Below, one piece after another: positions 1-9,986 of a stretch of DNA of 64,000 bases. This DNA comes from an uncultured delta proteobacterium (lineage in GTDB: Bacteria; Desulfobacterota; BSN033; UBA1163). Position 1 is the stretch's first letter. Each line of letters opens with the position of its first letter. A program made the position numbers and the translations under genes. The notes under the pieces were generated by a model. The model saw only the letters and a program-made list of their open reading frames with translations, was not told the origin of the DNA and did no database searches. Location: positions 256,001 to 320,000 of the forward strand of contig CAVPSJ010000004.1 in the NCBI GenBank assembly GCA_963708295.1, read 5' to 3'.

Positions 1-67
1 CAATCACAGCTATATCTTGCGCTTGATCAATGGCCTTATCGCATACTTGCATCGAGATAAAAAGTAG
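1..67 (+). pseudogene. 3' end of a four-helix-bundle (TIGR02436 / 23S rRNA IVP-like) gene, apparently internally deleted
   Basis: Frame 1 reads QSQLYLALDQ. A shifted frame from 26 reads INGLIAYLHRDKK*. Both resemble C-terminal motifs of this family, and the ~20 aa normally between them is absent. Truncated by the window edge. Confidence 0.55.
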
Positions 68-203
68 TCCAGTAGTCATATCGTCGCGTGGTCCTATAGC
101 TTTATAGTCCCGTATTGGTTAATTTTGTTTTTTGGGTCTTTGACTATGTGACTATCTGACCATGTGACCACAGGACGACAAGACTATTCGACGACAAGAC
201 CAC
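62..203. repeat. Two inverted arrays of degenerate 8-bp tandem repeats
   Basis: 62-109: aagtagtc cagtagtc atatcgtc gcgtggtc ctatagct ttatagtc. 142-203: gactatgt gactatct gaccatgt gaccacag gacgacaa gactattc gacgacaa gaccac. The arrays are reverse-complementary. Confidence 0.85.
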
Positions 204-209
204 TTTTTT

Positions 210-923
210 ATGTCACTTCTCGAAATCCAAAATGTGCATACCTACTACGGGCAGATCCATGCCCTCAAGGGCGTTTCCCTCACCGTTGATAGGGGAGAGA
301 TCGTTACTCTGATCGGAGCCAATGGGGCAGGCAAGAGCACCTTGCTCAAGACCACGAGTGGTTTGTTGCGGCCGCGCCAGGGCTTTATCCGCCTCGACGG
401 CGAAGAACTCACCCAATATCCTCCTCACGAGATTGTGACGAAAGGGGTGGTGCAGGTCCCGGAGGGGCGCCGGATCTTTGGTCGTCTTACGGTTACCGAA
501 AATCTGGAGATGGGTGCCTTCGCAGTTTTCGATCAAAAGCTCATCAAGAAAAATCTGGAAAGGGTTTTTAACCTCTTCCCCAGATTGAAGGAACGCTACA
601 GGCAAGTGGCGGGGACGCTCAGCGGTGGGGAGCAACAGATGCTTGCGACAGGTCGGGCCCTGATGGCGAATCCACGCGTTCTCCTCATGGATGAACCCTC
701 CATGGGTTTGGCACCGGTGCTGGTGGATAGTATTTTTGAAACCATTCGACATCTCCACGCCGAAGGGACCACGATCCTTTTGGTGGAACAGAACGCCCGC
801 ATGGCCCTCCAGATTGCCGGCCGAGGGTACGTGCTTCAATCGGGGACAGTGCTGTTCAGCGACACAGCTGAGAATTTGCGTCGGAACGAGATAGTGCGCG
901 AAGCCTACCTCGGCGAAACATGA
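210..923 (+). CDS. livF: Branched-chain amino acid ABC transporter ATP-binding protein
   Basis: Walker A GANGAGKS, VPEGRRIF, LSGGEQQM signature, LLMDEPSMGLAP, LLVEQN. Confidence 0.93.
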   Translation: MSLLEIQNVHTYYGQIHALKGVSLTVDRGEIVTLIGANGAGKSTLLKTTSGLLRPRQGFIRLDGEELTQYPPHEIVTKGVVQVPEGRRIFGRLTVTENLEMGAFAVFDQKLIKKNLERVFNLFPRLKERYRQVAGTLSGGEQQMLATGRALMANPRVLLMDEPSMGLAPVLVDSIFETIRHLHAEGTTILLVEQNARMALQIAGRGYVLQSGTVLFSDTAENLRRNEIVREAYLGET

Positions 924-1065
924 CAAAAAAACAAGTTCCAGACGCCAGCGGTAAATTCAATGCCAAAATCAGGAAGGTCATCTTTTTTAACTCAGGCAAT
1001 TGCCCCCCATCCATCGGGGGAAGGGACGAAGATGAAATGATCACCTGTCTTAGGAGGCATCCAGG

Positions 1066-3477
1066 ATGAAGGATGAGTATAAAACCAAAAAGCAACTCAT
1101 CCGTGAGTTGGTGAAGGTGCGCCAGAGAATGGCTGAAATTGAAAAAACAGAACTTGAGCGAAAGCCGTGGGAGGAAGAAATCAAGGGCGCCCTCTCCTTG
1201 TTAAACGCCACGCTGGAATCAACCGCTGACGGGATTCTTGTGGTTGACCGGGGGGGAAAGATCGTGAGCTTCAACCGAAAGTTTGCCCAGATGTGGCGCA
1301 TTCCCGAAGCCGTCACCACTTCTCGGGATGACAACCAAGCGCTGGCTTTTGTTTTAGGCCAGTTGAGAGACCCAGAAGGTTTCCTTGCCAGGGTACGAGA
1401 ATTATATAACCAGCCGGCGACTGAGAGCTTTGATATCCTTGAATTCAAAGACGGTAGGACCTTCGAGCGTTATTCCCAACCCCAGTCGATAGGCGAACAA
1501 GTGGTTGGAAGGGTGTGGAGCTTTCGCGATGTCACCGAGCACAAGCGGGCAGAGGAGGCTCTTCGGGAAAGCGAAAAACGCTATCGGACACTCGCCGAGG
1601 CTGCACCCGACATGATTTTTATCGTGGATGGTGACGGAGGTGTCAATTATGTAAATAGTTTTGCCGCAAAACAATTCAGAAATAGCCCTGAAGCGATCAT
1701 CGGAAAGCATACAAAAGACCTTTTCCCATCCGATATATCCGGTCGACAGAGTCAAAATCTGCAAAAGGTCTTTGAAACCGGGAAGCCTGTTTATGCTGAA
1801 AATAAGACAACCCTATTAGATCGTGACGTATGGCTGAGTACCTGGTTGGCCCCCCTCTTCAATGAGGCAGGTGACGTGTACTCTGTTCTTGGCATCTCAC
1901 GGGACATCACCGAGCGCAAGCAGGCCGAGGAGGCCCTCATAAAATCTCAAAAGAAATACATCGACCTCTATGAAAACGCGAATGATATGATTTTCACCTT
2001 GGACCTTCTGGGTAATTTTACATCGATTAATCGGGCCGCTTACGCTTCTTTTGGCTATCGTTTGGAAGAACTCTTGGGAAAGAACCTCCATGATGTGGTC
2101 GCCCCTGAGAGTTTCAATTATGCCATGGCAATACTCCAGCGGGCCGTGGCTGAGAAATCGGATCTCATGGAAATTCAGCCATGGGAGTTTGAAGGGTTTA
2201 AGAAGGATGGCACCAAAGTTCTGTTGGAGGTTCGAGCCCGGCTGATCTTGCAAGACGGAAACATCACGGGAATCCAGGCAATCGCCCGTGACATCACGGA
2301 GCGGAAGCAAGCCGAAGAGGAGAAAGCATTTCTCCAAGAGCAACTCCGCCAATCTCAGAAGATGGAAGCGATTGGTCGCCTGGCAGGCGGCATTGCTCAC
2401 GATTTCAATAACCTCCTCACGATTATCAAAGGCTATAGCACCCTCTCCATCTTGGAGCTCAAAGAGGGGGATCCGTTGAAGGGAAACATCCAAGAGATCC
2501 AGAAAGCAACGGATCGGGCAGCAAATTTGACGCGTCAACTTTTGGCCTTCAGCCGTCGCCAGGCGATGGAAATGAAGGTATTAGACCTGAACGCGATATT
2601 AAGAGATATGGACAAGATGCTTCGTCGGGTGATCGGTGAGGACATCGCACTGATCACCCATTTCGCAGAGGATCTGGGAAGGACGAAGACGGATCCGGGT
2701 CAGATGGAGCAGGTCATCATGAACCTAGTGGTCAATGCCAGAGATGCAATGCCCGATGGAGGAAAACTCACGATTGAGACCGCGAATGTTGAGCTGGATG
2801 AGACTTATGTTCGGGCGCACATCGCTGTCAAGCCCGGTCGCTATCTGATGTTTTCAGTCAGTGATACAGGAGTGGGGATAACTCGGGAGGTTCAGGAGCG
2901 TCTCTTTGAGCCCTTTTTTACAACCAAGGAAACCGGGAAAGGAACGGGTTTGGGTTTATCGACCGTCTATGGGATTGTAAAACAGAGTGGAGGGAATATA
3001 TGGGTTTATAGTGAGCCGGGGAGAGGAACGACCCTTAAGATTTATCTCCCTCGAGTCGATGAATCGATCGAGGTCTTCAAAGAGAAATTAGCAGAAGCTC
3101 TTCCTGCCAGGGGTGAGACCATTCTTGTTGTTGAGGATGAGGAAGAGGTTCGGAAATTAGCAGCGCGAATTTTACAGATCCACGGATATAAGGTTCTGGA
3201 GGCACCTCAAGGGGGGGATGCCTTACTCATCTGCGAGCGGCATAAGAACCCGATTCATCTGATGTTGACCGATGTCGTGATGCCCGGGATGAGCGGTCAT
3301 CAATTGGCCAAACGTTTGAAACCCCTCCAACCGGAAATGAAGGTCCTCTATATGTCAGGTTATACGGATAACGCGATTGTCCAGCATGGTGTTCTGGGGG
3401 AAGGAGTAAATTACATCCAGAAGCCTTTTACCGTGGATGCACTGGCAAGAAAAGTAAGGGAAGTGCTGGACCAATGA
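1066..3477 (+). CDS. Multi-PAS hybrid sensor histidine kinase with receiver domain (CckA-like)
   Basis: Three PAS/PAC units ending RDITERK; H-box [12 protein letters not shown]; G boxes KGTGLGLS; C-terminal receiver ILVVEDE...LTDVVMPGM. Confidence 0.93.
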   Translation: MKDEYKTKKQLIRELVKVRQRMAEIEKTELERKPWEEEIKGALSLLNATLESTADGILVVDRGGKIVSFNRKFAQMWRIPEAVTTSRDDNQALAFVLGQLRDPEGFLARVRELYNQPATESFDILEFKDGRTFERYSQPQSIGEQVVGRVWSFRDVTEHKRAEEALRESEKRYRTLAEAAPDMIFIVDGDGGVNYVNSFAAKQFRNSPEAIIGKHTKDLFPSDISGRQSQNLQKVFETGKPVYAENKTTLLDRDVWLSTWLAPLFNEAGDVYSVLGISRDITERKQAEEALIKSQKKYIDLYENANDMIFTLDLLGNFTSINRAAYASFGYRLEELLGKNLHDVVAPESFNYAMAILQRAVAEKSDLMEIQPWEFEGFKKDGTKVLLEVRARLILQDGNITGIQAIARDITERKQAEEEKAFLQEQLRQSQKMEAIGRLAGGIAHDFNNLLTIIKGYSTLSILELKEGDPLKGNIQEIQKATDRAANLTRQLLAFSRRQAMEMKVLDLNAILRDMDKMLRRVIGEDIALITHFAEDLGRTKTDPGQMEQVIMNLVVNARDAMPDGGKLTIETANVELDETYVRAHIAVKPGRYLMFSVSDTGVGITREVQERLFEPFFTTKETGKGTGLGLSTVYGIVKQSGGNIWVYSEPGRGTTLKIYLPRVDESIEVFKEKLAEALPARGETILVVEDEEEVRKLAARILQIHGYKVLEAPQGGDALLICERHKNPIHLMLTDVVMPGMSGHQLAKRLKPLQPEMKVLYMSGYTDNAIVQHGVLGEGVNYIQKPFTVDALARKVREVLDQ

Positions 3478-3536
3478 ATGGTGACAAAAATCCGTATCTC
3501 CTTACCCCTATTTTTCTCTACCCTGGATTCCACTCG

Positions 3537-4850
3537 TTACAACTTGTAACCCGCAATCCGCTTTCTCAGAAGCCCGTAGATCAAACCCCCCAAGATCATG
3601 CTTGGCAAAGAGGAGCCCAGGGGCCATGGAAAGGCTGCTTTGGTTTGCAGCACCTTTTCCATTAACATCGGTGAAAAGCCCAAATAAACAGCAAATCCAA
3701 TCGCCCAGGCGATGATCGCCATAGGATTGATCCCTTTCGCAAACCAGTATTTCCCCTCCTTCTTATAAAGATCTTCCAAATCGATCTCTCCTCTCCTTAA
3801 GAGAAAGTAATCAACGAGAACGATCCCGAAGAGAGGACAGAACATGGCCCCAATAAAGAGAAGAAAATGCTCATAATCGAGTATGGCAGGGAAAATAATT
3901 GCAACAATGATCCCCAGGATTCCGCCGATCCAGATTCCTGCTCGTTCTCCCAGTTTAGGGAAAATATTCAGTCCCGAGATTGCTGTGGAATAAATATCCA
4001 AGAAGGTGGTGGTGAAGGTAGAGAAGAGAACGATGATCAGAGCAGGAATGGCCCATCCAAATTTCAGCATGAGATTCATCACCACTCCTGAAGGGTCAGG
4101 AGACTGGGTGGCAAGGGCGGCCGTCAGTCCGATGAGGTACATCCACGAAGAGACAACAAAATAACCGACCCAGGTTCCCCAAAAACTTCTTTTCGAATCC
4201 GTGGCAAAGCGCGAATAATCCGAGACCAGAGGAAGCCAGGAGATGGGCATGGCGATCACAAGATCCATTCCTACCATGAAAGGGAAATCTCCCTTTCTCG
4301 GAATTTGAGAGAGCGTCCCCCATCCGTACTCTTGAAAGACGATGTAGGTCATGACCACACACAATATCATCAGGACGAAAACAGAGACTCGTTGGAGCCA
4401 CTTCCAGAACCGGTGACCCACTACCGCCCACAACGTCGTGATCACCCCTGCAAGGATGATCCAAAGGTTGAGGTTCGAAAACCCGTAGAACTTGGAGATG
4501 GCATCGGCTGCCTGGCCACAAACGATCAGCATGACCGCGGTCCAGCCGATGAGCTGGATCACATTGAGGGCAGCGGCAAAGTAAGAGCCTCTGATCCCGA
4601 AAGAAGGCCGGACGCTCACCATTGTCGGAATGCCCCATCGGCTCCCCATCAAGCCGCCCAAAGCAAAGGGGGTGTTCCCAATCAGGTGGCCGAGAAGAAT
4701 AGCCCAAAGGCCCAGCCCTAAGCCCAGAGGGACCACCAAACTCCCCGCCCAAATCTCTGCTAAAGAGATCGCTGCTCCTGCCCACAGTAGAAAGAAATCC
4801 CAACCGCCTAAATTCCTCTCTTCTTTTGGAATCGGTTCAATTCCAGGCAT
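3537..4850 (-). CDS. cytX: NCS1-family putative hydroxymethylpyrimidine transporter
   Basis: Multi-TM protein; WAGAAISLAEIWAG and MPISWLPLVSDYSRF motifs; downstream of thiD in a TPP-riboswitch operon. Confidence 0.85.
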   Translation of the reverse strand: MPGIEPIPKEERNLGGWDFFLLWAGAAISLAEIWAGSLVVPLGLGLGLWAILLGHLIGNTPFALGGLMGSRWGIPTMVSVRPSFGIRGSYFAAALNVIQLIGWTAVMLIVCGQAADAISKFYGFSNLNLWIILAGVITTLWAVVGHRFWKWLQRVSVFVLMILCVVMTYIVFQEYGWGTLSQIPRKGDFPFMVGMDLVIAMPISWLPLVSDYSRFATDSKRSFWGTWVGYFVVSSWMYLIGLTAALATQSPDPSGVVMNLMLKFGWAIPALIIVLFSTFTTTFLDIYSTAISGLNIFPKLGERAGIWIGGILGIIVAIIFPAILDYEHFLLFIGAMFCPLFGIVLVDYFLLRRGEIDLEDLYKKEGKYWFAKGINPMAIIAWAIGFAVYLGFSPMLMEKVLQTKAAFPWPLGSSLPSMILGGLIYGLLRKRIAGYKL

Positions 4851-4880
4851 CGGTCGCCCCCTTTGTAACAGTAAGCAAAA

Positions 4881-4915
4881 AGGTAATGAGTGATCGGTAA
4901 TCAGTCATCAGTTGT
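4881..4915. repeat. Degenerate 7-bp tandem array at the 3' side of the four-helix-bundle gene
   Basis: aggtaat gagtgat cggtaat cagtcat cagttgt; reverse-complementary to the array at 5331-5379. Confidence 0.8.
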
Positions 4916-5308
4916 TGAAAAACGCTTATCACAAAAAATGTCCGCTTTATTGATCATCGAATTGATCATCCTACCGATTTCGGAAAGGGAACTGTTTAGT
5001 TTTTGGGTTTGTTCTAGGCTCAAATATCTACAATCTTCTGCCGTTTCGATCCAATGTTGTGTTTCTTGCTGCTCACCATCAGCATCAGTAAGTTTGCTTA
5101 CAAAATGTTTCTTATACCGTCTCTTAGCCCATGCCTCGGCAATCTGTGCTCCAACAGAACGCGATGATCGTCTCACCTGGTCAGTCAAGGAATACATTTC
5201 TTCCTTAGGAAAAGACTTTGTCAGTTCAAAAATTGACTTTGCTAACTTTCGAGCGTTCTTATAAACAACCAGGTCCCTGAAGCTCTCAGCATGTCCCAAT
5301 TTACTCAT
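4901..5308 (-). CDS. Four-helix-bundle protein (TIGR02436 / 23S rRNA intervening-sequence protein family)
   Basis: FRDLVVY...FPKEEMYSLTDQVRRSSRSVGAQIAEAW...F...L..A.GE..ET..W motif. Confidence 0.9.
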   Translation of the reverse strand: MSKLGHAESFRDLVVYKNARKLAKSIFELTKSFPKEEMYSLTDQVRRSSRSVGAQIAEAWAKRRYKKHFVSKLTDADGEQQETQHWIETAEDCRYLSLEQTQKLNSSLSEIGRMINSMINKADIFCDKRFSTTDD

Positions 5309-5330
5309 CGATCTCCCCTTTTCTTAATAT

Positions 5331-5379
5331 CTCTGATCACTGGCTACTGATCACTGATTACTGATCTCTGCCTACTGCC
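5331..5379. repeat. Degenerate 7-bp tandem array at the 5' side of the four-helix-bundle gene, overlapping the thiD stop
   Basis: ctctgat cactggc tactgat cactgat tactgat ctctgcc tactgcc (7 units). Confidence 0.85.
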
Positions 5380-6695
5380 TTCAATATTTTCTGAACGACT
5401 TCCGTGGGATTCCTCCCCAACACTCGGATCATCGGTTCTTTACCCACATCCCCTTGATCGTAGATAAAATCAGGAACGCGCCTCATCTTTCTCAAGACGT
5501 CTCCCACCCCCCACGCTAGGGAGGAGCCTTCCTGCTTTTTCAACTTTTTTGGTTCGAGCCTCCGGTCAAAATGGCCAACCAGAAAACCTTTTCTCCCCAA
5601 CTGCTCAACCGTTTCTCTTGAATATCGGATATTCATTGCCGAACAATATTCGGGATCAAATTTCATGACGGTCAGAATGAGGTTGGCCACATGCCGGGAC
5701 GCCCCAAATTCAGGATCGCTATAAGTGGTGACCGAATCCTTGAATCGGACAATTCTTCCAGGAAAAGCCGCCACGTCTTCCAGTCCTTCTGCAAAAGGAA
5801 GAGCATACCCTAAGTTTGAAGAAACCTCCGGAATGAGACGCCCGATCTCCTCCCCCTTCAATACTTCCACTGCTCTCCTTATCTCCTGGATCACTTGATA
5901 CCGCTCCATCTCCCTCAGGACATAAGCAGAGGGATTGGTCGGTCCATGCCCTTTCCCGAGGTTGAGACCGGACCGAATCGCCATGGTGATAAAGTTCTTT
6001 GCCTTTCTCACCGCTTCATCGACAGGTTCCCCTCTTGCCAGGAGCGTTGCGATCGCAGACGCAAAGGTGCACCCCGTTCCGTGGGTATTTTTTGATTCAA
6101 TCCTCGGTCCCTCTATCTCGCTAAAACGTTCCCCGTCGTAAAGGAGGTCAACCGCCATCCCCTTCAGATGGCCTCCTTTGATGACCACATATTTCGTTCC
6201 CATTCTGTAGATTTGCTGAGCGGCTTTCTTCATTCCCTTCAAGGAGTTTACCTTGAACCCTGCCAGGGCCGAGGCCTCCATCAGATTCGGCGTCACCACC
6301 CATGCCATGGGAATCAATTTCTTAATGAGTATCTCTTGGGCATCCTTGTGAAGAAGCGAAGCCCCGCTCTTTGAGATCATGACCGGGTCTACGACCACCT
6401 TCTTGACCTTATACTGCTTGATCTTTCGGGATACGACCTCAATAATCTCTCGATTTGCCAGCATGCCTGTCTTGACGGCATCGACGCCGATGTCCGAGAG
6501 GACCGCATCAATCTGCTCCTCAACAAACCGCGGAGGAACTTCGTGAATGCCTTGAACCCCTACCGTATTTTGTGCCGTAAGGGCCGTAATAGCGCTCATT
6601 CCGAAACCACCCAGCAAGGTGATTACTTTTAGATCCGCCTGAATTCCTGCCCCCCCGCCCGAATCCGACCCGGCGATCGTCAATACTCGCTTCAT
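5358..6695 (-). CDS. thiD: Bifunctional HMP/HMP-P kinase with C-terminal ThiN-type thiamine-phosphate synthase domain (ThiDN)
   Basis: LTIAGSDSGGGAGIQADLK and THGTGCT motifs. C-terminal LIPEVSSNLGYA, PEFGASRHVA, GDVGKEPMIRVLG (ThiN). ATG at 6695 follows GAGGA. Confidence 0.92.
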   Translation of the reverse strand: MKRVLTIAGSDSGGGAGIQADLKVITLLGGFGMSAITALTAQNTVGVQGIHEVPPRFVEEQIDAVLSDIGVDAVKTGMLANREIIEVVSRKIKQYKVKKVVVDPVMISKSGASLLHKDAQEILIKKLIPMAWVVTPNLMEASALAGFKVNSLKGMKKAAQQIYRMGTKYVVIKGGHLKGMAVDLLYDGERFSEIEGPRIESKNTHGTGCTFASAIATLLARGEPVDEAVRKAKNFITMAIRSGLNLGKGHGPTNPSAYVLREMERYQVIQEIRRAVEVLKGEEIGRLIPEVSSNLGYALPFAEGLEDVAAFPGRIVRFKDSVTTYSDPEFGASRHVANLILTVMKFDPEYCSAMNIRYSRETVEQLGRKGFLVGHFDRRLEPKKLKKQEGSSLAWGVGDVLRKMRRVPDFIYDQGDVGKEPMIRVLGRNPTEVVQKILKAVGRDQ

Positions 6696-6720
6696 CTCTC
6701 TTTCCTCCCGATGAAAAAGC

Positions 6721-6762
6721 AAAATAAAAAAGCCGTAATTCCCATGGAGGTATTACGGCTTC
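6721..6762 (-). terminator. Intrinsic terminator, expression platform of the TPP riboswitch
   Basis: Minus strand AAGCCGTAAT-loop-ATTACGGCTT followed by TTTTATTTT, between the aptamer and thiD. Confidence 0.85.
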
Positions 6763-6774
6763 GTTTCCATTTTC

Positions 6775-6872
6775 CGCTTCCCTTCGCTGGAATTACCCTG
6801 ACAGGTTCGGAGGGTCTCCCTATCCCGCCAGAGCGGGACAAGGACTCTCAGCCCAATGAGCTCCCCTAGCTA
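6775..6872 (-). promoter_or_regulatory. TPP riboswitch (THI element)
   Basis: Minus strand AGGGGAGC...GGGCTGAGAG...GACCCTCCGAACCTG...GGTAATTCCAGCGAAGGGAAGC, upstream of thiD. Confidence 0.95.
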
Positions 6873-7290
6873 TATTCTAAAACAATTTTACTCGACAGCG
6901 GGGAGTATGTCAATCGGGAAAATTCAGAAAAATTCAGCTTCAAAGTTGAAGCATCGCCGTTCATTGGTTTTGGGTCGCCTGCCTGCGCCATGCCGAGAGA
7001 TCTCCCAATGATAGAGGATAACCAGAACCCATTGAATCATCCTACGTCATGGTCTACGCCGCCCCTAGAATATTCCAATGATTTTAGTTAATTATCTATA
7101 TAGCACTTGGCCACGCGTAAGTTTGTGAAAAATTGCATAAAATTCTTGACTTCTTTAGACGTTTGCTTTATGTTTTACGATGATTTTCCAGACCCTCCAA
7201 AGAAGCGGGGGACTTTGTTGGCGGAAAGTTTGAATTATTCGATTACAGGACGCGGCTTAACCAAATACAAACTTTATAGGAGAGGGCACT

Positions 7291-9807
7291 ATGAGACTGA
7301 AGAATGTTGGGTCGAAGTTGATGTTGTTGCTGGTGGTTGCATACCTGTTCATCCCGCTGGCAGCACTCGCAAGTGAGGCGGATCTTGCGATCCCTGATTT
7401 GCACAAGGGTGCTCCATATACTTTACTGGGTGGGATAAAACCGTGGAATCTGCTCTTTTATGGCGCGTGCATCATCGCCGGCACGTTAGGGATTAGCTTG
7501 TTTCTGCGTCACCAAGTCAAGAAGCTGAGAGCCCATGAATCGATGCTCAAGGTGGCTGAAACCATCTTTCAGACCTGTCGTACCTATCTGATTCAGCAGG
7601 GGAAATTTCTTGCTATGCTGTTTATTTTCATTGCAATTTGTATGGCCTTCTACTTCCTCGCCTTGAAGGGTGAAGGGGTCCCTACGCTGCTCCTGGTCCT
7701 GCTCTTTTCAGTGGTGGGCATGGGCGGCTCTTACGCTGTGGCCTGGTACGGCATTCGGATCAACACCTATGCCAACGCCCGGACCGCTTTTGCCTCGCTC
7801 GCCGGGAAGCCATGGGACGTGGTGAATATTCCCTTACGCTCCGGTATGAGCGTAGGGCTCTTCCTCATCTCTCTTGAATTGGTCATGATGGTCATCATTC
7901 TGCTCTTCGTCCCCCGCAATATTGTCGGATACTGCTTCCTGGGGTTCGCCATTGGTGAGTCCCTGGGCGCATCGGCACTCCGGATCGCCGGCGGCATCTT
8001 TACCAAGATCGCCGACATCGGCTCCGACCTCATGAAGATCGTTTTCAAGGTGAAGGAGGACGATCCCCGTAACCCGGGCGTGATTGCCGACTGTACCGGT
8101 GACAACGCGGGCGACAGCGTGGGTCCGACGGCAGATGGTTTCGAAACATACGGCGTGACCGGCGTTGCGCTAATCGCTTTTATCACGCTTGCCGTTGTGA
8201 GTCCCAACATGGAGGTCAAAGAAGCCATCCAGGGCAAACTGATCGTCTGGATTTTCGCCATGCGCTTCCTCATGGACTTCTTCTCAGGTGTTTCGTACTT
8301 CGTGAACCAGGCCATTTCCTCGGCCAAATACAGGGACAAGAAGGAGTTCGATTTCGAAGAGCCTCTGATGAGACTGATCTGGATCGCGGCCGCCCTCTGC
8401 ATCAGCACCTCGTTTGTGGGGAGCTACTTGCTCATCAGTGACCTGCAGGTGATCAAAAACGGCATGCTCACCCCGATGCCCCATGTCTGGTGGCAGCTTG
8501 CGATGATCATTAGCTGCGGTACGCTGGCGGCAGTTCTGATCCCCGAGTTCACGAAGATATTTACCAGCTCCAAATCGAAACACGTGCAAGAGATTGTAAC
8601 TGCGTCGCGCGAGGGGGGGGCATCCTTGACCATACTCTCCGGTATCGTTGCCGGCAACTTCAGCGCCTACTACATGGGCATACTGATTGCCTTCCTCCTG
8701 GGGATCGCGTACTTCGTCAGCCTTTTCATACCGCCTGAAGTCATCAACTATCCATCGATTTTTGCCTTTGGTCTGGTTGCCTACGGATTCCTCTGCATGG
8801 GCCCGGTCAACATCGCGGTGGACAGCTACGGTCCTGTAACGGACAACGCCCAGTCCATCTTCGAGCTTGCGCAGACCGAAAACATCCCGGGCATCAAGCA
8901 GGAGATCAAGAGGGATTTCGGATTCGATCCCGACTTCGAAATGGGTAAATTTTACCTCGAGTCGAACGATGGGGCCGGAAACACCTTCAAGGCGACCGCG
9001 AAACCCGTGCTCATCGGCACCGCGGTGTGCGGTGCCACGACGATGATCTTCTCGATCATCCTGCTGCTCCAGAGCAAGAACATGCTCCATGTGCAGCTGA
9101 CCGACGCGCCGATCATTCTCGGCCTCATCTGCGGCGGCGCGGTGATCTTCTGGTTTGCCGGGGCCTCCATGCAGGCAGTGACCACCGGTGCATACCGGGC
9201 GGTCGAATTCATCAAAAAGAACATGAACCTGGACAAGACGGAAGCCGATATTGAGGATTCCAAGACCGTGGTCAAAATCTGCACCCAGTACGCGCAGAAG
9301 GGTATGTGGAACATCTTTATCGCGATCCTGCTCATGACGCTCGCTTTCGCGTTGCTCAACCCCAACTTCTTTGTCGCCTATCTGATTTCCATCGCCTGCT
9401 TCGGCCTCTTCGAGGCCATCTACATGGCAAACGCCGGCGGCGCCTGGGACAACGCGAAGAAGATCGTCGAAGTCGACCTGAAGGAGAAGGGCTCGGCGCT
9501 TCATGCCGCAACGGTCATCGGCGATACGGTGGGCGATCCCTTCAAGGATACCTCCTCCGTGTCTATGAACCCCATCATTAAGTTTTCGACTCTCTTCGGC
9601 CTGCTTGCGACCGAAATCGCAATCGAGATGACCGTACACGCAAAGGAAACCGGTTCCACCAACTGGGCTCCCTATATCGCTCTTCCGGTGTTCATTGTCG
9701 GACTCATCTTCGTATGGCGTTCATTCTACACGATGCGAATACCTTTGGAGGAAGCCGCCGAGAAACTCCCAAACAGGGAGACAAAGATCGCGCACGTCCA
9801 CAAGTAG
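7291..9807 (+). CDS. hppA: Membrane-integral ion-translocating pyrophosphatase, K+-independent type
   Basis: GGIFTKIADIGSDL, EDDPRNPGVIADCTGDNAGD, GGAWDNAKK, GDTVGDPFKDTS; GNTFKA has Lys at the K+ site. Confidence 0.95.
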   Translation: MRLKNVGSKLMLLLVVAYLFIPLAALASEADLAIPDLHKGAPYTLLGGIKPWNLLFYGACIIAGTLGISLFLRHQVKKLRAHESMLKVAETIFQTCRTYLIQQGKFLAMLFIFIAICMAFYFLALKGEGVPTLLLVLLFSVVGMGGSYAVAWYGIRINTYANARTAFASLAGKPWDVVNIPLRSGMSVGLFLISLELVMMVIILLFVPRNIVGYCFLGFAIGESLGASALRIAGGIFTKIADIGSDLMKIVFKVKEDDPRNPGVIADCTGDNAGDSVGPTADGFETYGVTGVALIAFITLAVVSPNMEVKEAIQGKLIVWIFAMRFLMDFFSGVSYFVNQAISSAKYRDKKEFDFEEPLMRLIWIAAALCISTSFVGSYLLISDLQVIKNGMLTPMPHVWWQLAMIISCGTLAAVLIPEFTKIFTSSKSKHVQEIVTASREGGASLTILSGIVAGNFSAYYMGILIAFLLGIAYFVSLFIPPEVINYPSIFAFGLVAYGFLCMGPVNIAVDSYGPVTDNAQSIFELAQTENIPGIKQEIKRDFGFDPDFEMGKFYLESNDGAGNTFKATAKPVLIGTAVCGATTMIFSIILLLQSKNMLHVQLTDAPIILGLICGGAVIFWFAGASMQAVTTGAYRAVEFIKKNMNLDKTEADIEDSKTVVKICTQYAQKGMWNIFIAILLMTLAFALLNPNFFVAYLISIACFGLFEAIYMANAGGAWDNAKKIVEVDLKEKGSALHAATVIGDTVGDPFKDTSSVSMNPIIKFSTLFGLLATEIAIEMTVHAKETGSTNWAPYIALPVFIVGLIFVWRSFYTMRIPLEEAAEKLPNRETKIAHVHK

Positions 9808-9848
9808 AAAAGCGGAGCCGCCTGCTCCTGCGGGTATAGAGAATAACC

Positions 9849-9888
9849 AAGTGCCCTCCCCTCATGAGAGGGGAGGGCACTTTTTATT
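9849..9888 (+). terminator. Intrinsic terminator after hppA
   Basis: AAGTGCCCTCCCCTC-ATGA-GAGGGAGGGCACTT followed by a T-run. Confidence 0.85.
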
Positions 9889-9986
9889 TGATGCGGGACG
9901 TTCGGCTTGAGTTTGCCGTTGGGGCGGGTAAAAGAGGGTTCGTTACGGTAGAAAATCAAAGAATCCGGCGGACCGAAGAGAAAGGT

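Noticed and set aside
4901-5308. Avd-like protein as evidence of a diversity-generating retroelement
   Set aside because: No reverse transcriptase or TR/VR pair is visible in the window.
8284-9639. 451-aa antisense ORF inside hppA, and similar shadow ORFs (213-926, 23182-24120, 48653-49315)
   Set aside because: They lie antisense to well-supported genes, have no recognisable motifs, and are explained by codon bias.
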